Positions 36,280 through 47,066 of a stretch of DNA of 63,715 nucleotides are shown here, in pieces. The position numbers were made by a program, and so were the translations under genes. The notes beneath the pieces were generated by a model. That model saw only the letters and a program-made list of their open reading frames with translations, was not told the origin of the DNA and searched no databases. The stretch's first letter is position 1. The number at the start of each line of letters is the position of its first letter. The stretch comes from Gammaproteobacteria bacterium (GTDB lineage: Bacteria > Pseudomonadota > Gammaproteobacteria > DAOVJZ01). The stretch is taken from NCBI GenBank assembly GCA_029882995.1, contig JAOUJV010000004.1, positions 1-63,715 on the forward strand, read 5' to 3'.

Positions 36280-37389
36280 TTATTTTTCATCAAACCCAAT
36301 ATTTAAATCAGATGCGTTATCCTCTCGTAAATCACCCTGCTGAGGGTCTTGCCCCACATCATATCGTGGAATTTCTTCAATACAAATTGGGCGTCCCAAC
36401 ATGCTTTTTATTTTGTTCTTGGCTACCCATTTAACTGGATGTTTAATATATTTTTTCATTACTGGAGCTGCGGTACCAACCATCCAGCAATTTTTTGGGC
36501 ACTTTCTAACTTTTTCACGAACCTGATTTGCCTTATCACTAAACCAAATTTCTTCAAAACTATTTGCATTATGGATATTACCCATACTTTCTTTCCAATA
36601 CCTTTCTTCAAGGCCATTACAAGGATACACATCCCCATATGGCTCAATAAAGAAATTTGCTGTCCCAGCTTCGCAGGGAAGCATACGCTTTCCATTTTTG
36701 ATATAGTTAATCAATCCCAAATTAAAGAACGCCCTAAACCAACTTTTGGGAGAATTCTCTTTCATTAATCTTTCAATTAATTCATGAAAGTTACCAACCA
36801 CCTCGTCCTGGTTAGTAATAACATTATCATCTTTATGAAAGTAATATGAATTATGAAATGCTGCTGTCGCAAATTCCATCCCAAGCTCTTGTGATAAAGC
36901 ATGCAATTGAAGCATATCAGCAGAGTTCTTGTTAGATACAGTAATACCAAACCCTATATCTTTAACGCCCATCTCTTTTAATGTTAAAAGCACTTTTAAT
37001 GCTCTATCAAACCCACCATTACGTCCTCTGAGAAAATCATTTTTCTGTGATAACCCCTCGATACTTACACGAATGCCAATATCAGGAAACCTTTCTGCCA
37101 TCTTGATTATGCGTTCAACATGCCAGCCTGAAGTTGATATCACAATTCTAGATGCCTTTGTATAAGCAACTTCAACAATCTCTTCCAGATCTCTACGAAG
37201 AAATGGCTCACCTCCTGTAACATTAACAAACTTAAGGTTTGGCAAAATCTCCAAATCTTTTGCAGTAATCTCACTTTTACGATCGCTGGGGTTTTCCCAA
37301 ATATCACACATCTTACAACGCATCTGACATCTGTATGTTGTAATAATTGATACATCTGTGGGCATTAATGATTGATCAAATTCCGACAT
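36280..37389 (-). CDS. radical SAM protein with SPASM/twitch-like C-terminal Cys cluster
   Basis: 369 aa; CxxxCxxC near the N-terminus (YRCQMRCKMCDIW). C-terminal CEAGTANFFIEPYGDVYPC (Cx13Gx4C) and CPKNC. Confidence 0.75.
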   Translation of the reverse strand: MSEFDQSLMPTDVSIITTYRCQMRCKMCDIWENPSDRKSEITAKDLEILPNLKFVNVTGGEPFLRRDLEEIVEVAYTKASRIVISTSGWHVERIIKMAERFPDIGIRVSIEGLSQKNDFLRGRNGGFDRALKVLLTLKEMGVKDIGFGITVSNKNSADMLQLHALSQELGMEFATAAFHNSYYFHKDDNVITNQDEVVGNFHELIERLMKENSPKSWFRAFFNLGLINYIKNGKRMLPCEAGTANFFIEPYGDVYPCNGLEERYWKESMGNIHNANSFEEIWFSDKANQVREKVRKCPKNCWMVGTAAPVMKKYIKHPVKWVAKNKIKSMLGRPICIEEIPRYDVGQDPQQGDLREDNASDLNIGFDEK

Positions 37390-37463
37390 AAAAACTCCTC
37401 AATTATTACCACTTTGCATTGTTGACTTTATCTTTAAAGTACCGCATTCACTTATTGTAATAA

Positions 37464-37754
37464 TTAACTTTCTATATCTGCATTAATTGCCTGAATATCA
37501 TCGCGATTAATTAATATTGTATTATCACTATCTATATTCATATTTTTCAGCTTTTTACACACTGCCTCTTCAATTTTTGAACGCCCAGTCATAAAAGCAA
37601 ATAATGGATCACAATAATCAGCATCAAAAAATTCTGACAATACACCGTATGAGACAGAGCAGTGGATAGTAACACCATTCACTATAGCCTCAAAATGAAC
37701 AACTTCTTCTGAATCATCTTCTTCCTCTAAAGGTGGGAATATTACTTTAGACAT
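37464..37754 (-). CDS. small acidic hypothetical protein (96 aa)
   Basis: ORF with flanking spacing consistent with the operon. No confident family; it faintly resembles DUF1488-type small proteins. Confidence 0.4.
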   Translation of the reverse strand: MSKVIFPPLEEEDDSEEVVHFEAIVNGVTIHCSVSYGVLSEFFDADYCDPLFAFMTGRSKIEEAVCKKLKNMNIDSDNTILINRDDIQAINADIES

Positions 37755-37884
37755 CTATTACTCCTTACAAATAATAATATATCGTAGCTTCTTACTGCCA
37801 ACTAAGGCAATACTATCAAGAGTAACCTAGCTAGCTATTCTGGCAAAACAAGTATTGGAATTTGATTCCCATATAATCTGTCTA

Positions 37885-39024
37885 TCAATTGCTAATATTG
37901 ATTATTTTTTCATAGTTATCTGCCATATGTTCTGAGGAAAATCTTTCTTCCACTATCCTTTTAGCATTCAGTGCCATGGATTCTCTCAGGCGATCATCCA
38001 TCAATTTAGCCAAACAATTAACTAAACTATCGACATCACCCGGTGGGTATGTAAATCCATTTATGCCTTCATCCACCATTTCTCTTGCGCCAGCCAAATC
38101 TGACAGAATGACTGGCAAACCCATTGACATTGCCTCTAATGCTGCATTGGAAAATGTTTCTACAGCCCTTGAAGTTAATACAAACACATCCATAGCTGCA
38201 AGTGCAGGACGCACATCCTCCATCATCCCGGAAAAAACAACACGATCTTCAATTCCACTTTCTTTTACTATTGTTTTTATTTCTTCCTGCGTCCCGCCAT
38301 CTCCTACCAAAACAACACTAATATTATTGCCAGCATCCATTATTCTTTTAACAGCCTCAATCAAATCAGGGTGTGCCTTTTCAACACGAAACTGCGCAAC
38401 CATTCCAACTACCAAGCTATCTTCGGGCAAGCCTAGAGTTTTTTTTGCATGAGATGATTTTGAAAAAAGACCTTGTTTAGTAAACTTTTCAATATCAACC
38501 CCGTTATGAATAACAATATAATTTCCATTACCTAAAGGATACTTGCGCATCCATTCTTGCATTTGATTAACACTTCCAAAAACAAACCCGTTGAGCCGCC
38601 TAATAACCGGGATATAAACAAGCATTTTCAATCTTTCATAAATGTTTCTAAAAACAGAGACATTAGATGAGCCATATACTCGAATACTTTTAATATTCCT
38701 GGTTGACAAATAAGCATAAAGCATTGGGTATAAATTCACCGCCCATATGACATCAATCTTATTATGCTCAATATACTCTTTAATTATTCTTAAAGAGTTT
38801 CGATCCACTTTGCTTTTCCTTTGCAAATTAACTATGTTAATAATTGGATTTATAGTATTAGCAATATCATAATTCAGGTTAAGAAATGCCAAATGTACCT
38901 GATATCCTCTTTTGGCAAGCAAATTGGCTGCAACAATCGTCTTGCGCTCTGAACCGCCAACACCAAGGTTATCCAGCAGGAAAAGGCAATTAATTTTCTT
39001 TCCCTTTTTAACCATTATATCCAC
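37885..39024 (-). CDS. glycosyltransferase, GT4 family
   Basis: 379 aa; LDNLGVGGSE N-terminal motif and VETFSNAALEAMSMGLPVILSDLAGAREMVDEGINGFTY. GTG 39024 or ATG 39015 as start. Confidence 0.8.
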   Translation of the reverse strand: MDIMVKKGKKINCLFLLDNLGVGGSERKTIVAANLLAKRGYQVHLAFLNLNYDIANTINPIINIVNLQRKSKVDRNSLRIIKEYIEHNKIDVIWAVNLYPMLYAYLSTRNIKSIRVYGSSNVSVFRNIYERLKMLVYIPVIRRLNGFVFGSVNQMQEWMRKYPLGNGNYIVIHNGVDIEKFTKQGLFSKSSHAKKTLGLPEDSLVVGMVAQFRVEKAHPDLIEAVKRIMDAGNNISVVLVGDGGTQEEIKTIVKESGIEDRVVFSGMMEDVRPALAAMDVFVLTSRAVETFSNAALEAMSMGLPVILSDLAGAREMVDEGINGFTYPPGDVDSLVNCLAKLMDDRLRESMALNAKRIVEERFSSEHMADNYEKIINISN

Positions 39025-39072
39025 GCTAATATCAATTTTAAATTTATGTGAAATGTATTATGTTTGAGTAAA

Positions 39073-39624
39073 TTAATTTACTCCATCATCCACGCTTCTT
39101 AATATTTCTTTAATTCTTCTTTGTTTGTCTGTGGTTGTAATTCTAACACCTTTATTCTTCGCTTTAATCTTATAATCTTCAATATCACCCAAAACTCTAG
39201 CAGGAACTCCCGCTGCGACAACCTCTGCAGGTATATTTCTTGTGACGAGAGAACCCGCTCCAATTACAGTATTTGGACCAATCTCTACCCCGGGCAAGAT
39301 AACTGTATTTATTCCAATAAATGTATTGTCTCGTATATCTATCCTTCCAAACAAATTAATGCCAGGCATCTCATCCCTAAAAATCCCAACACCACCATCA
39401 TGAGTTATCAAACTAACATTTTTAGAAAGAGTTACATTTTCCCCTAATGTTATTAAATACGGTTCCGTTCCAAACAAATCGATTCTTCTATCTACAATCC
39501 TACATCGATCTCCTATTTTAACGCCAAATCTCTTTCTATAGAATTCGGCCACCGTAATGTCCGTAAATGTTTTTATATATATACGATCCCATATGCGTCG
39601 AAATTTATTTATATATTTAAACAT
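39073..39624 (-). CDS. hexapeptide-repeat (LbH) O-acetyltransferase
   Basis: 183 aa; hexapeptide repeats IGINTVILPGVEIGPNTVIGAGSLVTRNIPAEVVAAGVPARV. Confidence 0.75.
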   Translation of the reverse strand: MFKYINKFRRIWDRIYIKTFTDITVAEFYRKRFGVKIGDRCRIVDRRIDLFGTEPYLITLGENVTLSKNVSLITHDGGVGIFRDEMPGINLFGRIDIRDNTFIGINTVILPGVEIGPNTVIGAGSLVTRNIPAEVVAAGVPARVLGDIEDYKIKAKNKGVRITTTDKQRRIKEILRSVDDGVN

Positions 39625-39632
39625 GCAGACAC

Positions 39633-40553
39633 CTAAACACTATCACGGTTAAATTTTTTTGCGAAAAAATCATGAGGAAGTATTGTTTTAAAAAAAACGA
39701 GGCCGCATAGCACAACTGATTTTTTAATAAATAACACCCATGCGACATAGAACGGCCTGTGCATAAAGGCCCAATTCCATATGCGACCAAATCCATATGT
39801 ATATTTATGGTTGTCAAAAATATTTTTCAAGTACTGTATGCGGCTTGACTCAACAAGATAACGATTATGATAGTTAGGATTATCTCCATCGACATATATC
39901 TTTGCCTTTGTTGCAACCAAACACTGAAATCCTGCCTGACTTGCTCTCAAAGTAAATTCCAAATCTCCCCAATTATGAGGAAATCGCTTTTCGTCTAGCT
40001 TCCCTATTTTACGATATACTTTTACAGGAGTCAGGAGTGCTGCTCCTGTCAATATATCAGCCGAGAGATAATTATCATTGCTAAGAACGTCGTATAACAT
40101 ACCAGAATAAGGATCAACAATCTCCTTAAGCCAACCAACCCTCCTAAAGACAGATGCTACTATCTTTTCCTTATCAGAGTTTTGCTTTAATAATTTCACT
40201 CCACTAACCAATGCATCGGGAAATATTCTGGCAACGGAAACGATCTCCATTAAAAAATTCATATCCAGTTCAAGATCATCATTAAGAAAAAGTGTGTAGT
40301 CAAAATCATGCCCAAGCGCATAATTCACGCCTGCATTTATGCCTCCTGTCCACCAAAGATCCCCTCCACCATCGATAATAACAACATCCGGATACTCTGA
40401 TGATATTGCTTCTTTTGTGCCATCTGTAGAAGCATCATCAACAACAACCGTCGTTAAATCAATGCCAGCGTGTTCCACCACCTGTAATTGACGAAGGCAA
40501 TTTAAAGTGGTCACCCTCCTGTTAAAAACAGGAATAATAATTATAATTTTCAT
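39633..40553 (-). CDS. glycosyltransferase family 2
   Basis: 306 aa; IIIIPVFNR...VVVDDASTDGT...FLNDDLEL (GT-A DxD region). Confidence 0.8.
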   Translation of the reverse strand: MKIIIIIPVFNRRVTTLNCLRQLQVVEHAGIDLTTVVVDDASTDGTKEAISSEYPDVVIIDGGGDLWWTGGINAGVNYALGHDFDYTLFLNDDLELDMNFLMEIVSVARIFPDALVSGVKLLKQNSDKEKIVASVFRRVGWLKEIVDPYSGMLYDVLSNDNYLSADILTGAALLTPVKVYRKIGKLDEKRFPHNWGDLEFTLRASQAGFQCLVATKAKIYVDGDNPNYHNRYLVESSRIQYLKNIFDNHKYTYGFGRIWNWAFMHRPFYVAWVLFIKKSVVLCGLVFFKTILPHDFFAKKFNRDSV

Positions 40554-40565
40554 TGTTTTTTATTT

Positions 40566-41171
40566 TCATGAAGGTAGTTTCTTAATCACTTTTGCTGGGT
40601 TACCTGCAGCAATACAATCTGATGGTATAGATTTAGATACGACCGACATAGCCCCAATGACTGAATTATCGCCAATTGAAACCCCTTTGCATATAAATAC
40701 ATCTGCACCAATCCATACGTTCTTCCCAATGCAAATTTCCCTTGCAGGGATATCTAAATCATTATTATTATATCGCCTATTTTCAGATTTCACTGCATGC
40801 ATATCATTATCTGCTATAACCACATTAGCACCTACTAATGTATAATCTCCAATGTTTATGCGTTTTCTACAGCATATTGAACCCCCACTAATACCAACAT
40901 GGTCACCAATCTCAATATGAGCGTGTGAGGTATGGGTTGTAAGGATAATTCGATGATTAATGCCAATAGCATTCCCTCTTGATATCGAGCGTAATACAAC
41001 ATTATTACCTATTTTTATTTTGCTTCCTTTTTTGATCGACAACAAAGGCATTCCATAGCACTTTATATTTTTTTTAAGCGTTACTCCTGCATGCCGTAAA
41101 AAATATAAAACAAAATAATTACTAAATAAATCCCAATAAAACAGAATTTTATTCATTATCTTAAATAACAT
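40566..41171 (-). CDS. hexapeptide-repeat (LbH) acyl/acetyltransferase
   Basis: 201 aa; IGADVFICKGVSIGDNSVIGAMSVVSKSIPSDCIAAGNPAKVI. Confidence 0.75.
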   Translation of the reverse strand: MLFKIMNKILFYWDLFSNYFVLYFLRHAGVTLKKNIKCYGMPLLSIKKGSKIKIGNNVVLRSISRGNAIGINHRIILTTHTSHAHIEIGDHVGISGGSICCRKRINIGDYTLVGANVVIADNDMHAVKSENRRYNNNDLDIPAREICIGKNVWIGADVFICKGVSIGDNSVIGAMSVVSKSIPSDCIAAGNPAKVIKKLPS

Positions 41172-42475
41172 TAGTTATGCCCTGCGTCATCAATGCTGGC
41201 GCGATCAATAATATCCTGATATGCCAACAAAGTTTCATTAACAACATTATCTTTATTAAAGCGAGCCATACCTCTTATTCGAGCAGTATTGGATAGCTTT
41301 TTAGCCAAATTGTCATCATCAAAAATTTTACGAATATTCATCGCCAGCATTGCACTATCTCCTTTATGAAACAAAAGTCCGGTTTCATTATCTATAATTG
41401 TAGAAGGAATACCTCCCACATAAGCGGCAACACATGGCACCCCAACCAATTGAGCTTCAATTAGGCTATTACATTCATTTTCAATGTATGAAGAAAGAAC
41501 ATAGACATGAGTGTTCAATAGTTCATTTATAATTTCACTTTCACTTACTGGCCCCATAAATGTTACACAATCATTTAGACCGAGCCTGGACACAAGTTTT
41601 TTTAGATATTTTCCATAGCCAGAATTAATAATATGCCCTCCTATTCTTAACTGTATATCGGGGACATATTTGCGAACTATACTTATTGCTTTTATCAAAC
41701 AATCATTGCCTTTCAAAGGCTGACTTCTTGCTGTTATATATATGGTATGTCTATTTATATTATTAATAGACCATTCTGATTGATAAAAAGAAGCCCGCAT
41801 TAATACAGGGATATCATAATAAATACCGGTAGCATTCATCTCTCTAAGGTGGCTATGATCCCATAAAGTTCTTCCTTCAAAATACCTATTCTGCTTGATG
41901 ATCTTAACTTCATTTTTTGCTCTATTTCGCATATTGATATAATACAATGCTTCATTAAACATTGATAACCTCTCCTGAATTCTCACCCCTCCCCAGTAGT
42001 CCTTGATTATCACGCTCAATAGTCCCTGAAACCTTATCAATATAGGTATGTTTGTTTTCTGACTCATTAACCCATAGTAGTTTTCTGTCCCCCATATATG
42101 AATAAGATCGGGTTTGAAATCATTGACGGCTTGGATGCAATAATCTATTTCGCGTTTATAACTTAAATTCCTAACGGAATTAATCATGCGTTGAAAACGT
42201 GCGAGTATTCGATGTTTTTGTCTGCTCACCACAGGGTATTGAGGGATTAAATAATATACCATTTTGTCATCATTAAATTTTTCGTAATTGTGAATATCAT
42301 CTGATGCCCATACGATGCCAATTTCAATGTTTTCACACTTCACCATTTCTGACACTGTTGCCTTCAACCATGATCCAGTACCAATATATTCAGTTCTGCC
42401 TAAATAGCTATCCACCGCAGGAAAAGATGCATTAACAAACCAAAGAACTCTGATAGTACTATGTGATAAAGACAT
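41171..42475 (-). CDS. glycosyltransferase, GT4-like
   Basis: 434 aa; C-terminal ENECNSLIEAQLVGVPCVAAYVGGIPSTIIDNETGLLF. 1-nt overlap with the downstream gene. Confidence 0.7.
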   Translation of the reverse strand: MSLSHSTIRVLWFVNASFPAVDSYLGRTEYIGTGSWLKATVSEMVKCENIEIGIVWASDDIHNYEKFNDDKMVYYLIPQYPVVSRQKHRILARFQRMINSVRNLSYKREIDYCIQAVNDFKPDLIHIWGTENYYGLMSQKTNIPILIRFQGLLSVIIKDYWGGVRIQERLSMFNEALYYINMRNRAKNEVKIIKQNRYFEGRTLWDHSHLREMNATGIYYDIPVLMRASFYQSEWSINNINRHTIYITARSQPLKGNDCLIKAISIVRKYVPDIQLRIGGHIINSGYGKYLKKLVSRLGLNDCVTFMGPVSESEIINELLNTHVYVLSSYIENECNSLIEAQLVGVPCVAAYVGGIPSTIIDNETGLLFHKGDSAMLAMNIRKIFDDDNLAKKLSNTARIRGMARFNKDNVVNETLLAYQDIIDRASIDDAGHN

Positions 42476-42577
42476 ATTATGTCTATCTCCTGATTTAATG
42501 TGTTATATCCTATATAGCACTATATTGCCGAATATTAGAAATATTGTTTTGCATATAATTCATATATCAAGCATTGT

Positions 42578-44101
42578 TTATATTATTTTTTGAGCCAACC
42601 TGGCAAGACGATTCTTCGTCGATTTCTGAACGAGGTTGCTATACTTTATAATAAAATAATTTAGAGACAACCCTGTAAAAAATACACATCCCAAATATAT
42701 AATTATTCCCGTACGCGTTAATGGAACATTTATGATAAATGCTTTACAAAGTGAAAGCATTGAAAATATTCCAATATTTATCAGCAATACTATTATTCTA
42801 TCTCTGAGCCAAAATGTGATGGCTGATGCTTTAATATATTTTACTGTTATTATTATGCCCGTCAAAATGCTTGCCATCTCAAAAACAATTAAATTAATTC
42901 CTGCGCCAGCAATCCCATAATTATTTAGCAGGTAAGGTAAGAAAATAACAACAATGATGGTTTGCGTTATACTAGTAAATGCAAGTATCTTTGAATTACC
43001 AATACCAAGTGCAAAATTAGACGGGATCATAGAGCTACTGCTCAGATAATAACCGACAAAAAACAACGCCATTAACGCCCAGCAATTATTGGCAACATCT
43101 GCCCCAAGCCAGATGTATAATATATCCCATGAGTAAATTGCCCCAAAACAATATAATGGACAACTAATGATGCTTAATATCCTGTTTGACTCCATATAAA
43201 ATAAATTTATTTTCTCGGCATTCTTTAGTGCTTTTAATTCACTAACAAATGGGAATATTACACTGATTGAACTTGCTAGTAAGTTAGTAAGACTAAGTGT
43301 GATTTTAGTAGCAATATTAAAGAATGCGATTCCTGATGGGCCAATATACATACCAATCATAATTGGAGGAAGAGCATTAAGTGCTAAACGATTTATTCTT
43401 CCAACCACTATCCATGATGCATAATCATATATTTCCTTAAGCAAGCCCATAGAAATATTTAACCCCAATCGGAAAGTTGAGACTATTTTTCTTGCCATAA
43501 AATGCAACAGTGCAATGCTCAATAAGTTAAGAATCAATCTGACAACAATCATTCCAACAATCCCGTAACCTAACCAGAGAGAGAGCAAACCTATCAATGA
43601 AGCTAATAAATTAAAAATTGATTCATATACGCTTGATACATCATAGCGTTGCAATCCTTTGTAAAAAGAGAGGTATACATTTTTACACATTAATACGACT
43701 ATATTAATAGCTGCGTAGTAAAGCGCTATTCTTGTTTCATTAAGAAAGTTTGTTTCATTTTTAACAATAAAGGATGCCAAATAATCAGCAAACACAAACA
43801 CCAGTAGCCCGATTGAGCCTGCTATAATGACTTGAAACATCAATGATGCTGTAATTAAAGGGTTAATGTTTATATGTTTTTTTTCAGCAACATATTTTGC
43901 GGTCATTCTGATTACGGCTGGATCTACTCCTGCTTGGAGAATTGTTATCCAACCAAAGAACAACATAAGAAAGCTATAAATCCCATAACCCTCGATTTTT
44001 AAAAAATATATATATGCGGGCACAAACACTATGCTAATAGCAACATTAGCAAACTGGCTGGCTGCACTAAAGCTTGCGTTTTTTAAAATTCTTTTGGTCA
44101 C
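42578..44101 (-). CDS. Wzx-type oligosaccharide flippase (MOP superfamily polysaccharide biosynthesis protein)
   Basis: 507 aa, hydrophobic throughout (about 14 TM helices by eye). Its position next to the Wzy-like gene fits. GTG start. Confidence 0.6.
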   Translation of the reverse strand: MTKRILKNASFSAASQFANVAISIVFVPAYIYFLKIEGYGIYSFLMLFFGWITILQAGVDPAVIRMTAKYVAEKKHININPLITASLMFQVIIAGSIGLLVFVFADYLASFIVKNETNFLNETRIALYYAAINIVVLMCKNVYLSFYKGLQRYDVSSVYESIFNLLASLIGLLSLWLGYGIVGMIVVRLILNLLSIALLHFMARKIVSTFRLGLNISMGLLKEIYDYASWIVVGRINRLALNALPPIMIGMYIGPSGIAFFNIATKITLSLTNLLASSISVIFPFVSELKALKNAEKINLFYMESNRILSIISCPLYCFGAIYSWDILYIWLGADVANNCWALMALFFVGYYLSSSSMIPSNFALGIGNSKILAFTSITQTIIVVIFLPYLLNNYGIAGAGINLIVFEMASILTGIIITVKYIKASAITFWLRDRIIVLLINIGIFSMLSLCKAFIINVPLTRTGIIIYLGCVFFTGLSLNYFIIKYSNLVQKSTKNRLARLAQKII

Positions 44102-44128
44102 AGGAAATAATCAGTATAATTTGAACAG

Positions 44129-45391
44129 CTATTCGTAATAACTTTCTTCTTTTCTACTTATTACAACCAACATAACAAGCGGCAAATACAAAAAGAAGGT
44201 TGCAAAAACAGACATAGAGGTAACATTCGTCAAAGCAAAAAATAAATTATGTATCATGCAACAGATCAACGATATGCCAATGCGGCGAGATTGGCTATCT
44301 TCCCTATGTTTTCGAAGAAAACCTTTAATAAATCGAATAGTTAAAAAAATCATTGCCAAACCAAGTAATACACCTATAGCTCCATAGTAATACAACCATT
44401 CGAAGAACAAATTGTGAGGAGTAACGACAACTCGTATTTTTGATGCTGTTATGCCTCCCTGCGATTCCTGTATTAGCTTTGCTTCTCTACTTTCATTTGT
44501 TACTAATGGTTTACCTATTATTGGGTGTTCTGCAGAAACCTCAATCACTCTGAATAAATTATTATATCGCCCCTGATAAGTGGCTTGTTTAGTATCAAAC
44601 GTTGTCGCCGCTCTTTCTGCAATCTTTGATAATATGTCTGGGGAAATTATCATTGATGCTCCTGCGCCAACAACAATGAGTGCCATCAGGAGGCTAGCTT
44701 CTCTAATGGCTGTTTTTTTATAGAAAAAAGAAAGCATCAGAATCCCTAATAGCAATGCTATCAAACCACTTCTATGCCCAACCATGAAATATGTCGCAAT
44801 AACAAGCGTTTTTATAAATAATGAGGCTAATGGCTTTGCTTTTAAAAAATTGCTTTCCCCAATATTAAGAAAGTAGAGCAAACCTAGCATAGTCAAAAAA
44901 CCACCTGACAAAATATGCATTTTAAAACCCTCTGTCGAAAACGCATATATATGCAATACAAAAATATAGACTTGAAATAAAATAATTAGAAAAATAAAGT
45001 TATTTAGTGCTTTTCTGCTTGATATATACAGGGGTAAAAAATATAGGAACAAATAAGCGCTAGAAAATGAAGCCATCATCCTGATACTAGATACATCATG
45101 CTCGCTTTGTAGCAACCATTTAAAACAACTAATAACAAAAAACAAACCCAGAATTTTTTGTATATTCTTTCCTGAACTTCTATTCGCCACATGGGTATCA
45201 GGTTGCTTTGTAAGGAAATGAATGGCCACATAAACACATAAAAAAATAAAACTAATATCAGCGATATAAAGACTTATAGAGCCTAATTCTATAGATGGTC
45301 TCTCCTTTCCATAAAAGGAAGGAAAATACTCCACAAAAACACCAATCACAAGAAGGGTGTATGGGTTAAATATATTAATCACCATGTTCAT
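44129..45391 (-). CDS. O-antigen ligase / Wzy-like polymerase family membrane protein
   Basis: 420 aa, polytopic, with one larger hydrophilic loop (ATTFDTKQATYQGRYNNLFRVIEV...) as in Wzy/WaaL-type proteins. Confidence 0.5.
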   Translation of the reverse strand: MNMVINIFNPYTLLVIGVFVEYFPSFYGKERPSIELGSISLYIADISFIFLCVYVAIHFLTKQPDTHVANRSSGKNIQKILGLFFVISCFKWLLQSEHDVSSIRMMASFSSAYLFLYFLPLYISSRKALNNFIFLIILFQVYIFVLHIYAFSTEGFKMHILSGGFLTMLGLLYFLNIGESNFLKAKPLASLFIKTLVIATYFMVGHRSGLIALLLGILMLSFFYKKTAIREASLLMALIVVGAGASMIISPDILSKIAERAATTFDTKQATYQGRYNNLFRVIEVSAEHPIIGKPLVTNESREAKLIQESQGGITASKIRVVVTPHNLFFEWLYYYGAIGVLLGLAMIFLTIRFIKGFLRKHREDSQSRRIGISLICCMIHNLFFALTNVTSMSVFATFFLYLPLVMLVVISRKEESYYE

Positions 45392-45470
45392 ACCGCAGAC
45401 AGCGCATAACTAAATTTCCTACGCCTTGTGAATTTGTTCTCTCTATCATACCCATAATGACTTTAATAGC

Positions 45471-47033
45471 TTATTGATTAACGCTAATTTTATATTCAAA
45501 CGCACCTATGTCTGGCTTGCCACCTTCTCTTTTTCTATTGTTAATATCAGTCATCACTCCTACATTACATCCTTTATTTATTGCTGGACTGCCTGCCTTT
45601 AGATTATAGTTATTATTGTATAAATCAATAAATCGTGGCTCATTAATTGCTTTATTTACATCGACAATTGAGTCTGTTTCTGCATGAACGCTACTATATC
45701 CACAGTACCCTTTCGGTATAACATTATCATAAATACTATCAATAGATAACTCGGAAACAACCTTGTTTCTTGGGTCTCTGGTCTGACAAAATGGTATTTT
45801 CCTCACACTGACATAGTAATTACAATTCGAATCAATAATTTTTGTTTTTTTATTATAAAAAACAAAAACAGGTCTATTCCCTTTTGAATATATGAGATTA
45901 TTGAACATATATAAATATGGTGTTCCCATTTCAAATGGAGTTGGCGCTGGATTGGAGTCCGCCGTCATGACCTCAACACCTTTCCCTTCTGTCTCATTCC
46001 CAACAAATGTATTGTGAAGCATGAATATATTAGCATCGCTAATATTCTTTATTACAAGCGCTGGGTAAGCATTATTAAAAACCAAGTTATTTACAAGCCA
46101 GATATTATCTCCATTTTTTACTCCGCCCCAAACCTTGAATCCTACTCCCTGTCGCCCCCTATTATTATATGACTGGCATCGAAGAAAAACATTTTCTCCA
46201 CCTGCTCCTATGTCAAACCCATCGCCAGCATTGTTATATGCCTTGCTATCAATAAAAAAAAGATTTTTGGTGGGGCTAAGAGATTCTGAAGGATTCGTTC
46301 TGCCTGCAAATCCATCCTCAGTTAACGAGTCCCTAGAAGTAACGTGGTCAAAAACAATATTTTCTGTGCCATTTTCAATATATATACCATATTTAACGGT
46401 ATGATGAACTGTAACATTTTTTAAATATCCGTGTTTTACTCCATATTCGTCAATAATATCTGTTCCAAATTGTAAACCATGTCTAGCCCTGCTTTTACCA
46501 TCTATTATGGTATCTTTAATATAAAAATTATTTACACCTCTCTTTAAATAAACACCAACAGTTTTGGGAGTAAGTTTAAAGTTACTCAAATGAATAAAGT
46601 TTGTATCGTTTCCCATGATAAAACCATCTAGCACTGGCGCACGCCCCTCAGCCCCTTTAATAGTTGTCCATTTGTCTAATGAACCTGTTATATCTATTTT
46701 TACCTGCTCACTATATGGTGAGTCGGCCCCTGATATAATGAGAATATCTCCTGGACCAATCGCTGAAACACCTCTTTGAATTGATGCCCAAGGGGTTAAA
46801 TTGTTTTTTGCCTCTTCTAATGTATATGAGTCTCTACCAATATCTTTATTTACAAAATACGTTGAACCATTAGAAATCACATCAGGGACAGATGGGATAT
46901 CTGGGAACGGTGGAATATTTATATTTTGACTTGCCTCAGATATTTTAAATAACAATAAAAATAATAAAAATAATAAAAATATTTTATGGGGGAAATACAC
47001 CGTTAAGCTTAAACTTTTTTTTGTTATGCCCAT
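45471..47033 (-). CDS. secreted right-handed parallel beta-helix (pectate-lyase-fold) protein
   Basis: 520 aa; signal peptide; repetitive N/G/V-rich beta-helix-like turns. C-terminal KPDIGAFEY motif, common at the end of beta-helix repeat domains. Confidence 0.5.
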   Translation of the reverse strand: MGITKKSLSLTVYFPHKIFLLFLLFLLLFKISEASQNINIPPFPDIPSVPDVISNGSTYFVNKDIGRDSYTLEEAKNNLTPWASIQRGVSAIGPGDILIISGADSPYSEQVKIDITGSLDKWTTIKGAEGRAPVLDGFIMGNDTNFIHLSNFKLTPKTVGVYLKRGVNNFYIKDTIIDGKSRARHGLQFGTDIIDEYGVKHGYLKNVTVHHTVKYGIYIENGTENIVFDHVTSRDSLTEDGFAGRTNPSESLSPTKNLFFIDSKAYNNAGDGFDIGAGGENVFLRCQSYNNRGRQGVGFKVWGGVKNGDNIWLVNNLVFNNAYPALVIKNISDANIFMLHNTFVGNETEGKGVEVMTADSNPAPTPFEMGTPYLYMFNNLIYSKGNRPVFVFYNKKTKIIDSNCNYYVSVRKIPFCQTRDPRNKVVSELSIDSIYDNVIPKGYCGYSSVHAETDSIVDVNKAINEPRFIDLYNNNYNLKAGSPAINKGCNVGVMTDINNRKREGGKPDIGAFEYKISVNQ

Positions 47034-47066
47034 AATAAATCCAAGACTCCGTATTTTTTAATTTTT

